64,000 bases of DNA, taken from positions 36,505 to 100,504 of the forward strand of contig DF237288.1 of the NCBI GenBank assembly GCA_000708835.1. Direction: 5' to 3'. Below, in pieces: positions 41,414 to 51,994 of the stretch (its first letter is position 1; every line of letters starts with the position of its first letter). The notes beneath the pieces are model-generated. The model had not been told where the DNA came from. It made no database searches and saw only the letters and a list, made by a program, of their open reading frames with translations. The position numbers and the translations under genes were made by a program. The DNA comes from Klebsormidium nitens (lineage: Eukaryota; Plantae; Klebsormidiophyceae).

Positions 41414-44400
41414 TCACCTATCCATAACAAAGGGCGTTGGCTCGAGCAACTGTGACGCTAGATCCAGATAATCTTCGCACAGTCTTCGTTCCGATGCACG
41501 ATAGTAGTCGCAGTATCCAGCCCGAATGTCGGACCCCGCCTCCACCCCCTGCGCGGCCCGCATGCCCCCTGTTCCCGGGCCATCCGCTTCCCCCTTCTCA
41601 ATCTCATCCTCGTCCCGCAGGCTCCCCCAGCCGGCGCCTGCTACGTCCTCCGGCTCGTCGGCGCCGTCCAGTGCCCGCAGCCTCGCCTTCAGCAGCTCGG
41701 CCAACCAGCGCACCGCGTCCTCGTGGGCCGTCTCAGCAGCATCAGACGATGCCGCCACCTCACCCACCGGCGCCTCTACCGGAGACATGTCCTGCGGCAA
41801 GAGGGAGACGGTCCACGTGATCCATCCGTGCAAATAAGGCACCGCGGTTCCCATTGCGGCCCTCGAGGGTGCACTGTTCATCCAAACAAGCCTCAATGGC
41901 AACGGACCGAATGTGCAACTCAACATATGCGTTCCTGAGATCTCTCAATTTCTGAAGTCATCGCGCAAGTGTGATGTGGCATCTCGAATAGCAGCCCCGT
42001 TGGGAGGGGCGAACGCACTCACCGCCCTCTCTTCCTGGGCTGCGGCCTGTTCCGCCTCCGCTGCGGGCATCGTCACTACCCGCGCTGCCGCGAGCGCAGC
42101 CTGCCACGAGTGCACCGCCGCCTGGGGCTCCTCGTCCAGGTCCGGGAGCAGCCAGCGCAGGGAGAGGCCCTGCAGGCAGGAACGCAGTTAGCGAGGCCGG
42201 GGGGCGAGCGGAGTGCCCATAACGGCGTCGAGGCACAGGGTGACGGCGGCACTGGCAGGAGGCGAGGCAGGCAGCAGGCGCCCAAGTACGATCAAGCTGC
42301 AGCAAGCGCCAAGTATGGGCGGGGCGGGGCCTCACCCGGCTGCGGAGGAGGGCCAGCCGCTCAGGCAGAGCGCCAAAGGGTTCTAGCGCAGAGGGCGGGG
42401 CGTGCAAGAGGAGGCGGTCGTGCGGATTGGCAGGGAGGGCGAAGCCGTACAGGAACAACAACTCCTGCACATAAGGTCGCATCAGCGACAGGGCTAGGGG
42501 ACCGGCGTTCAGGAAGTAGCCGGTTGAGGGAACGTCCACTTGCAACATTGAGACAAAACGGCACAAAGGACTGGGCGATGCAGTTCAATCGTGACCACTC
42601 AATTGCACGCTCCTGTAAGAAGAGGTCAATCACTGTGCTGGAGTGAAACGTGAGTATGGTTGGAACAACTTCCAATCGAGTCTGCCTTGCAGGACATGGC
42701 CAAAAAGCGGGTCTCACCTCGTTGCTCTTATCTCCGTAGGAGATGCACACCTGCGTCGCAGGGGGCAGCGGCGCTGCTGCGACCAGCACCATGGCGTCAT
42801 CAACTGCCACCCGCACAACAGGGGAGGCAGAGGCTGCGCAGAGCAGAGGACACGTTAAACACTCGGGCCAAGTGAAAGACACTGGCTGGCAATGGAAGGG
42901 AGTGGAAAGTGGAGCTTCGAGAAGGAGGCTGACAACTTTGCAGCAACTGTCCAATGTTGAAGCTACGCCGCAACCTGGGCCGCCTGCGGGGGTGCCCTGT
43001 GTTCCTCACCATGGTTGCAGAAGTCGATGAACGGCAGCAGCCCCTCCTGCATGTTGTCGTCAGGGGTGCCGTCCGGGGTCGGGGCAGGCCACTCGAGCAG
43101 CCTGCTCCACACCACCACGTGGCTCCACACCCAGTCGTGCCAGGAGGGGGCTGCGCTGACGCCCACTCGCTGGAAGGCGGCGTGCAGCAGGGCCTGCACC
43201 TTGCTGTCCCACAACGCCTGCACGGAGCATAGAGCGACTTCTGAGAACGAAGGGATGGGGCTCGCAAACGGGAGATACAATTGACGAGAAGGAGGCCCTG
43301 TAGTGGCAGTCCGTAGGTTGTCTACTGTGGGACTGGTCTTAGCATGGGCCCCATAACTCCTGTGTGAGCAGCAGGGCAGGCTGTCCTGTCAGCAGACAGA
43401 GGCCCGCAAGCTTGGCTGACAAGCGTCGCACTTCTAGGACCCGGCTGGCACCCCACAGCCACATGCACTGGGGACACGGCGTGGTTGGGGCCAGGGCCGC
43501 ACCTGCAGCTGGCGCCGCATGCTCAGGGTGGCGGCCAGGAGGGGAGTCCCGCGCAGCGCCTGCAGCTCGTGGTCCGTCCAGGTGAGCGGGACAGGGCACT
43601 CGCGCGGACGCGGGAGCACCGCCAAGTAGCTGATAGGTGAATGTGGTCAAGGGGGCACGAGTAAACGGCTACTCGGGGCAAGGGGCCCTAAGCGTGATCG
43701 CCCCCGGCACGTGATTGCAAGAGCTCATGGCTTGCAGGGCTGTGGTGTGGGGGCTGCAGTGGGTCACATACTCTCTACTACGTTGGTGTTCTCAAAGAGC
43801 GACCGAATAAGGCCCATACCCCGCACCCATATCCACACAAAGCGCGGGATGTGTGGATACGGCGCCCAGGCGGAGCGCGGGCCGAGTGCCTTGTGCACCA
43901 CGAGAAAGAGCATGAGGCACAGCCGCCCGTCGCCCTCCCCCTCAGCCAATAGGCCCCCAAAGAAGTCGCCCAGCTGCGGGTCCTCCAGGCACGTCTGGAC
44001 GGTCAAGGCCAGGCCAGCGAGGGGGATGCGGCACAGCACCCCTGCAGGGGGAAGAGGCATTGGGCGGTGATCGTAGGCCAAACTGAGGGAATGCGACATC
44101 TGTTGCCAGCTTGGAGGGAATGAGGCAAGCCAAGCGGGAGCCTGTTTCCAACCGTTGTGCTTCAGGGGACAGTCACCAGAGCAATGTGGCAACCGGGGGG
44201 GCAGGGAGGCCCCACCATCGTCAGCGCTGGGCTCGTGCTGGGCCGTGTACACTCCCAGGCCCCACTCGGGGTTGTCTGCACTGAGGCGGATGTGCGCACC
44301 TCGCAGCTCCGCCCCATGCTTCTGCAGCGCACACAGGGGCGATCAGCTGGACCACCAGCCAGGGCAGGCGCCAGCACAGGAGAGGAGGCTGGAAACAGGT

Positions 44401-44494
44401 GACACGCAAGCTGGACCAGGGTACTGTGCAAGCCTGGGATGAGGTCCCTCACCTCAAGCCACTCCTCGAAGCTGGAAAGCGCCTCCAGCGCCAT
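41414..44494 (-). CDS. SET-domain protein lysine methyltransferase, Rubisco-LSMT/SETD3-like class (resembles Arabidopsis At1g01920-type)
   Basis: MALEALSSFEEWLE/KHGAELRG...GLGVYT; LMLFLVVHKALGPRSAWAP/YLAVLPRP..VPLTWTDHELQALRGTPL; WSHVVVWSR; EGLLPFIDFCNH; QVCISYGDKSNE/ELLFLYGFALPANPHD (SET NH and ELxxxYG motifs); C-terminal substrate-binding-like helices ending ...VMDR*. Confidence 0.9.
43630..43860 (-). other. Probable U12-type (minor) GT-AG intron in the SET-domain gene
   Basis: Donor GTATCCAC; branch-like CCCCCTTGAC with the branch A 17 nt from the 3' end; acceptor ATCAG without a clean polypyrimidine tract. The junction restores the conserved WAP|YL. Donor positions +7/+8 (AC) deviate from the RTATCCTT consensus. 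Confidence 0.55.
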
Positions 44495-44846
44495 TCTGCG
44501 GCCCCTATTAGCCTAAGGCTACAGCTAGTGATCTACACGCATTCCCCTTGCCTTCTTGGCCCCAGGCCGGTTTAACACAGGGGTTACACACACGTAGAAG
44601 CTCAGAACCTTGCCGGGTGGTAGGTTCGTCATACGGTACATCGAACCGTCGAGACAGTCTGCTAAAAAACGGGAACCGTTCGATGAGCAAATTTCAGAGT
44701 CCTTCTTCAGTGCGGAACCATGTTTCTAATCCTAACCAGTTGGAGAGGGCTTGATGTACAGCACGCAGATTGTTGGTGCAGCACCAGTTCCACTTCTTGG
44801 CATTGCATCTTGCAGCTTGCGTCTCCTTCTGCCCTCCGCCCCCCTG

Positions 44847-47800
44847 ATGCCAGCGATGGCGATCGAGCCGGCGGCAGGGGCGGTGGTGGCCCCGCGGCGG
44901 CAGTACAGCATGGCCGATGTGCTGCAGCTGCGCAGTGGTGCGGCCTGCAACCTGTCCCTGGAAGAAGCGGGCATTGTCACGGAGCCAGCCACCCAAATTA
45001 TCTTCAGAGGCGCCTCGCAGTCTCCTGCTCCTGGCACGGGTGGGCAATTGATGGCAAAGCGCGGCGAGAGGGANNNNNNNNNNNNNNNNNNNNNNNNNNN
45101 NNNNNNNNNNNNNNNNNNNNNNNNNNNNNNNNNNNNNNNNNNNNNNNNNNNNNNNNNNNNNNNNNNNNNNNNNNNNNNNNNNNNNNNNNNNNNNNNNNNN
45201 NNNNNNNNNNNNNNNNNNNNNNNNNNNNNNNNNNNNNNNNNNNNNNNNNNNNNNNNNNNNNNNNNNNNNNNNNNNNNNNNNNNNNNNNNNNNNNNNNNNN
45301 NNNNNNNNNNNNNNNNNNNNNNNNNNNNNNNNNNNNNNNNNNNNNNNNNNNNNNNNNNNNNNNNNNNNNNNNNNNNNNNNNNNNNNNNNNNNNNNNNNNN
45401 NNNNNNNNNNNNNNNNNNNNNNNNNNNNNNNNNNNNNNNNNNNNNNNNNNNNNNNNNNNNNNNNNNNNNNNNNNNNNNNNNNNNNNNNNNNNNNNNNNNN
45501 NNNNNNNNNNNNNNNNNNNNNNNNNNNNNNNNNNNNNNNNNNNNNNNNNNNNNNNNNNNNNNNNNNNNNNNNNNNNNNNNNNNNNNNNNNNNNNNNNNNN
45601 NNNNNNNNNNNNNNNNNNNNNNNNNNNNNNNNNNNNNNNNNNNNNNNNNNNNNNNNNNNNNNNNNNNNNNNNNNNNNNNNNNNNNNNNNNNNNNNNNNNN
45701 NNNNNNGGCGAGAGGGAGGCTGCTGCCAGTGCCAGGTGGCAGAAGGCGCCGGCCGGCAGCCCTGGGCACCACCACCACCCCCGACGCTCCAATGGAGAGG
45801 CCCCTGCCCCGCAGCATCAGAGGCAGGGCGGGCCAGGGGCTGCTGCGGGGCATCGGCCGCTGCCGGTGGTGATGGGGGGTGGGGCGGAGGAGGAGGAGTG
45901 GGGCGATGCAGAGGAGGACAGCGAGGATGAGAACCCGCAGTACAAGGCATTCCATGTGAGCGGCCAGCCCGACTTCAGCATCGAGGAGCCAGACGCAGAG
46001 GAATACCTGAGGAGGGTCAGGTGGGGCCAGCACGCACCCCACGCGAGCTAGGAACTGCTTGGAAAAGTCGTTCTGGATGCATCCTGTGCTGCTTAGTGGC
46101 GTGCGCCGTTGCTCCTACGAGTATGGTCGATTTCTCTGATCCTTACTCCACCAGAGCCTCCCAGCCTGTGGGCTTGGGCTTGGGACTCAGCGAGCTGCAC
46201 ACTGCACAACCGAACCTCCATGCCTCTTCTCATGCCCTTCACCATTTGGTCTCTGCCCCTCCAGGTGGGAAGCCCAGCGGTGTCCGCGCGTGGTGGTGGC
46301 CCCCGCGCACGAGCGGCCACCCGCAGCCCCTGAGCAGACCCCATACATGCCGGCCCTGCCCGGCGTAACTGCGTGCGCCCCGCACCTGCTGCCCTCCTCG
46401 GAGTGGGAGGCGTGCTTCCTGGCCGACTTCTCAGACCTGCGCACTGTGAGTTCCCTTCATTGCCTCTCCCTGTCCTCAGGGGAAAAAACCCGCTCCTAAG
46501 TGTGTTTGGATGCCACCGGGTCTGTGATTGGTTCAGGTCACAAGGACAGCTGACTGGATCATAACTCTGAGACCCGTGGTGTCTCCCTCATGTGCCACTC
46601 CGCGCCTCTTGCCTCTACAGGAGCTCGTCCGCCTGCTTGACCTGCTGGAGGAGGCGGACGCGGCTGCGCTGTCCTCTTTGCCGTCCTCTGCGGCAGCCAT
46701 CCCTTCTGTGCGCGACGCCAGCGCCTGGAAACGCTTCTGCCTTGGCCCCAGCCCTGGGCCCCAGCCCGCCGAGGGCCTGGCCAGCCAGCGCGAGGGGGGG
46801 CCGCAGGAGGGGCAGCCGGGGGAGGGCTCTGGCTGCAGCGGAGCGGTCGAGGGCAGTGGCAACGAGGGGGGGGCTCAGAAAGAGCGGGATGCAGGCAGGG
46901 AGGAGAGTTTTGAGGGCACGGCCTGCCAAACACTTGATGAGCGGGAGGGGGTCCAAAGCTTGAGCCAGGAGGAAGAAGGCCGGGGGGGAGTGCATGGTGA
47001 GGGACTGGATGGCGGGGGAGCGCAGGAGGCGGGGCCCACCAAGGAGTTGGCGGTTCAGGGAGGTGCCTCACCCGATGAGAGAGACACAGAGCGGGTGCAA
47101 GTGACGGCCGGGGCTGACGGGGGGACCCCCGGACACCATACCGGGGAGAATGGAAGCTGGCAGACTGGGAGTGGATCAAGCGGGGATCCTCAGCGAGGCT
47201 CACCAAGAGCCGGCAGCCCCGCAGCTACAGGAAGCGGGAAGGCAGGCCTGAGAGAGACGCAGGGCGGCGGCGGCATGGAGGATTCTGGCAGCCTTGGGGC
47301 AGAGCCCCCGTCGGAAGTGGGAACTGCGAAGGACGGGGCAGCAGCCAACGCAGACAGCCAAGGGGGTGACATCACCACAACAAGCCCGCCAGTGCGACGG
47401 GCGCGGCGGCGGGAGGCGCTGTTGGAGGGCGTGCTGCCGTTCCTGGGCATCCTGCTGCGGCTGGACCAGGTGAGCGGGGACGAGGGGCGCGGGGCAGGGG
47501 CGGCCATCCGCCACCCCGTGCGGGGCGGGCTCCTCTGGGCTGGTCTGGGTAGCGACTCCGTCCCATCCGCTTGCCTTACATCAAGCATCTCGTCTTGTCT
47601 CCAAGAAGACGTCGTGACTGGCTCTCGATCATCAGCGCAGGCCGCTGGCCTTCTCCCGCTGCTTCCCGGCTGACCGCTTTCCCCCGCTTGTGCCTGCTGT
47701 TCTCCAGGTGGCGCTCGCGGTCCACCTGCGGCACCACGTGCGCTGGCTGCAGGAGCTGCCCCCCTCCGCTGCGCTGGACCGGCGGCGCGGCGCGTGGCTG

Positions 47801-48271
47801 TTTGCTCTGTGCGCCACAGTGGGCAAGCCCCTGGACCCGGACACCCAGGCCGCCCTGCGCGACCTGCTGCGCACTGCGGCCCTCAGGCGAGCCAACAAGG
47901 TGAGGGGCGGCCGCTGCGGGATGCCGCAGAAGCCAGTCCTGGTGCATAAGCCTGCTTGCCCGGGTTGCGAATTGTACAAGAGCTAACCTGACGTCGTGGG
48001 CAGCGGCCGATGTGGCCGTTAATGGGAGCTGTGCATGGTCACCCGTGCGCAGTTCACTTGCGAGCATGCTTCTCGGTCACTCTGCTCTCGAGAGTCCTTG
48101 ACCGGGCCCTCGAGCTCCATGACGACTCACTGCTTCTGCCGTCGGCGGCTGGCTGAGCGGCCCTCCCCCGGTGCGTGCCGTGTGCAGGTGTCGCCCGGCG
48201 ACCCCGAGCTGGCGGTGCTCAACATGCTGATCGCCATCGCGGGCCGCTACTTCGGGCAGCAGGAGCGCTGA
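44847..48271 (+). CDS. GEMIN2: Gemin2/SIP1 (SMN-complex subunit), plant-type with long extensions; interrupted by an assembly gap
   Basis: EEYLRRVR/WEAQRCPRVVVA; EQTPYMPALPGVTACAPHLLPSSEWEACFLADFSDLR; ILLRLDQ; AWLFALCATVGKPLDPDTQAALRDLLR; LNMLIAIAGRYFGQ. The start at 44847 (or 44856) is provisional because the N gap intervenes. Confidence 0.88.
45074..45706. other. Assembly gap (633 N)
   Basis: Run of N characters. ORFs spanning it in the track are artefactual in length. Confidence 0.99.
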
Positions 48272-49615
48272 GCGCGGCCGCCGCAGCGGAGCGGACAGCT
48301 GGTGCACGAGAGCGGGCTGAGAAGGACTGAGCGTGGCGGGAAAGAGGGGTGGGGATTTGCTGGTAAGCAGGGCTGATCCCAGTGCAGGTTGGCAGTAGGA
48401 TGGGCTTTGTGCGGTACAGCAGAGGGCCAACGGAGTGGAGGCGGTCGAGGTTCAGCGAGAGTCCGGCATACGGTCTTGCTGTCGAGCATGCAGAGGTGTT
48501 ATTATGTACTGACGTGAGATCATGTGCCCCCAGTAGTGGTTCTACAGTGGCGGTGACGGGACATACGTGGTGCTTATGAAGGTTCTCCCTGATTTGACTT
48601 ACTCAGTGGAGACCACAATATCTAACACTCGCTGCGGGGCTTTCTCTTTGTACATGCAATGTCTGGGCACGCTAGACTCAAGTCATAGCCTGTCACGCTG
48701 GCTCTATGTGTCGCGCCATTGTTGTGTTGGAGTATGCTTCGAAGATCTGCAGGTTTCGTACGGCTGGTACATGCTGGTTTTTTAGATAATTCCACGCTCT
48801 TGCAAGATGAGCAATTATGCTCGCCAACCTACGTTCGTCTGGCTCATGGCTGTCGATCTTATTAGGCTAGGCTTTAACTAGGAGGCTTTACATCTAGTGA
48901 GTGCCAAAGTCTGGGACAGACGCAGCGCGTGCTGCGTCTACTGGTCATGTAGAAGCGTGTTTGGCAGGGAGCTGAAATGCAGCTTCGTGTTGCATAGAAT
49001 GCTGTATCGATGACGTACAGCGAAATTGAGAGTCGACATTTGAATAACCATGCAAGTCGATCTTATGAAACACGGACATACTTTTGGCGATTGTCAGATT
49101 GATCAACACTGGCTGCCTGGCGCCATACGACTTGACATGCGGCTTTATCATGTTACACACCAATTACATATATGTTCGATTGTAAGTGCGAAAACAATTT
49201 GATTGTCGACAAACCAGGCCAGATTGTCGCTGCATCACGGTCAGCCCTGGGCGGCCTGCTGAAGCGACATACCAATTGTTCAAGGGGGCCCGTTAATAAA
49301 AGGTTGACCTGGTATCCCACGACTTCCAATAACGGGGCTGGCTCGGCAACGGCCATGGGCTGAAACGTTTGAGAACCAGCAACTGTCGTCACTTCGGTCG
49401 AAGGCCAAGGCCAACGAGGCATTACCATGACTTTTCAAGGGCACCATGATTTTGTAGATCTAAACAGGATGAGGTCAAGCACGCGTTGTAACCATGCAGG
49501 AGTGCAAGATTGGGGACGCGAAGCTCCAGAGAAAGGATGGCAGGAGCAAGCGGAGGGCAAAAGTAAGCATGGCCCTGAACGAGGCCGTTCGCAACACGTT
49601 TTGCTCAACACCTGT

Positions 49616-51456
49616 TCAGAACCAGCCGATGTCGAACCTCTTTTTGAACCCAAACAATAAAGAAGCATTTTCCGGATTTTTCTGGTCGACTTGCAGCATT
49701 AGTTGCCACTTCAACCTCCTCTTCTCTTTCGTCACGGGGTCGTCCTTCTTGCCAGCCTGCAATCAGCAGCAGGATGTCAAACCCCCGAAATCGGTAGAAC
49801 CATAGGACCAAAGGACCTCGAGATGCACCCAAGCAGCGAACAACAACGCAGGCATGACTTTCCGCACAGTGCCTGCGGGGGGGTGCCCCGCGCGCCCCCA
49901 TGTCCAGGAGCTTACCCACAGGCCCGCCCAGAAGACGCCCTGGCTGGACGTGTACCCGGCCTTGTACAGCAGTGACCGCCGGCTGTACTTGTACTGAGTG
50001 TCGAACTCGGTGGTGCCCGGGAAGTAGCGGAAGCTGCGCGGACCACCGGGCGGTGCGTTAGCGGCCGCCAGTGTGCGCCAGTGATGCACGCACATTGCCC
50101 CCGACAGCACTCCAATGCCGGCATCCTTCTCTCAAGACTGGTCCACCGAGCAATGAAGGGCATGTGGCGGGGGGCCCACTTCCCTTCTCACCTGACTTTG
50201 TGGCCGTTGTTGAAGCGCCGCTTGAAGACGCAGCTGCTCTGGAGGGTGGGCAGCAGCACCGAAGGGATCACCGTCACGTCGTCATCCTGTTAACACAGGG
50301 GTCAACCCCGTCAGTCAATGATGCTCCATCCCACTGTCAGAGGGGAGCTTGCTCAGATGCCCACAGCCGGCGGTGGCACTCTGGCCATGCAGTGATGTGT
50401 GGCACAGGAGGCGTGCTGACCTTGTAGCGATACGTGAGGTCCAGCGTCCGCAGCGCGCTGTGGCCCTCAGCCAGGAGCGTCCCGCGCAGCAGCGGCAGCT
50501 TGAGCGCCGCCGTGACCCCCGCCGGCACCGCGTCGTCAAAGTGCTGATAGCTCAGCTGCCCAAGCGGACACGCCACGCTGCCCGTGATCTACACCCGGGG
50601 GAAGGCAGCATCAGCGCAGTGCAGCCCCAATTGAGAAGGCCACATTCCATTTCGCACCACAAATGTCCATCGGGCTCGCGCGACATAGAGAGGGCGGGCA
50701 GGCGGATGCAGCCCCCGGCAGAGACCAGGCGGGCCAGCATCGGCGGGCGGTGGCGTCTCACCAGTGTCTTTTCATTGACGGCAAACACGCCGTTGCCCCG
50801 CAGGCCCTTGCTCTGGCTCTCCGCCTGCGCCACCAGCGCCCCCTCATGTTCCTGGCACACGCAGCACAAGGGATGGCAATCAGGACAAGGGGAAGACAGG
50901 GCTGGGCGCCCACACACTAAAGACTAGCATGGCAGCCCAATGCTGGGGAACACTTGCAGGCCGCGAGGTGGCGGCCGGGGCTGGCGCGCACCTTGACATC
51001 GTGCTCGTAGCGCAGCTTGAGGTTGCGGCCCAGCGGCTGGGTGAAGGTGAGGAAGGGCGCCTCCTCCGGGACGTTGAGCTGCGCGGAGAAGACCTTGGTG
51101 AACACGCCCAGGGTGGGGCCCTCAAAGCGGCGCTCCTCCGGCAAAAAGTCCCACGACGCTTTCAGCTTGATGCGGTCATGCCACAGCCGCGTGCTCAGCT
51201 TGTTTTGAAACACATTTGTGTCGCTATCATACTGCGTCGTTAGCTTACCCCACCGTCTCCGGGGGGCGCCTCCCACAGCGGGCCTCACTGCAGGAGGCGT
51301 GACCACTGTGGTTTGCGCCGGAACTCTGATGACTGTCACCGGGACAGCCTCCACCTCGACTGCCTCTCCACCTGCTTCCCGCTTGTCAAATGTCCACGGG
51401 AAACGAAACCCGCCAGGCTGACTGGCGGATGCCCCCTGTTCCTCCCCGGGCGCCAT
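49616..51456 (-). CDS. OEP37: Chloroplast outer envelope pore protein OEP37 homolog (beta-barrel channel)
   Basis: KLTTQYDSDTNVFQNKLSTRLWHDRIKLKASW; LKLRYEHDVK/EHEG; LTYRYK/DDDVTVIPSVLLPTLQSSCVFKRRF; YKAGYTSSQGVFWAGLW; LKWQLMLQV...SLLFGFKKRFDIGWF*. Collinear with remembered plant OEP37 motifs (SEFDSDS..FLNK, YAYKDD..FIPS, FKRRF, KAGYDS, FMLQVP, KKRWDI). Confidence 0.85.
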
Positions 51457-51994
51457 TCAATTCCCGCAATGTAGCTCACTGTTCCCCTTGCCTGCTAGCA
51501 CAGCGTTGTTTGTACGTTCTGTGCAGAAGTCGAGAGCTGCCCTGCACATTGCTGCAAGGCGCAGGTTGCACGTCGTAGTAGTAGTACCTGCCCACGTCCC
51601 TTCTGTCGGGCTGCACTGCAGCTTCATGTGCAGTGTCAGCTAGTGCAGCACAGCCAGCAGGTGGAGCTTGGAACTTGCAAGTTGTGCAAGTTTTAAAATT
51701 AGACGGTCCGAAGATCCTTAGAGTTCAATCGAACGGTTTCAAATCCACGAGAGTTATTACATCTAGCTTCACATAGGAGAAGCTTTCAACCAAGAAGGGC
51801 CATGATTCGCATGAACATGGTGCAACCTGTCCGGGTGGATCAGGACTCAGGAGTTGCAGATTTGCACTTGCAATCCAAGCCTTGAGTACCGCATAGGGGA
51901 GTCCTCTTCTGCCTCCTGGGCCCCGCAAGTTTCCTAGGCTTTCTCCTGCAGTGTGGCAGGCAGATCGTTGCATGTAGAGGTGCGCCTGGGCGCC

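Noticed and set aside
44694-46051. Long ORFs of 260-440 aa in several frames
   Set aside because: Artefacts of translating through the 633-nt N gap.
46261-46445. Possible frameshift in Gemin2 exon 2
   Set aside because: Base-by-base recount shows WEAQRCPRVVVAPAHERPP... is a single continuous frame.
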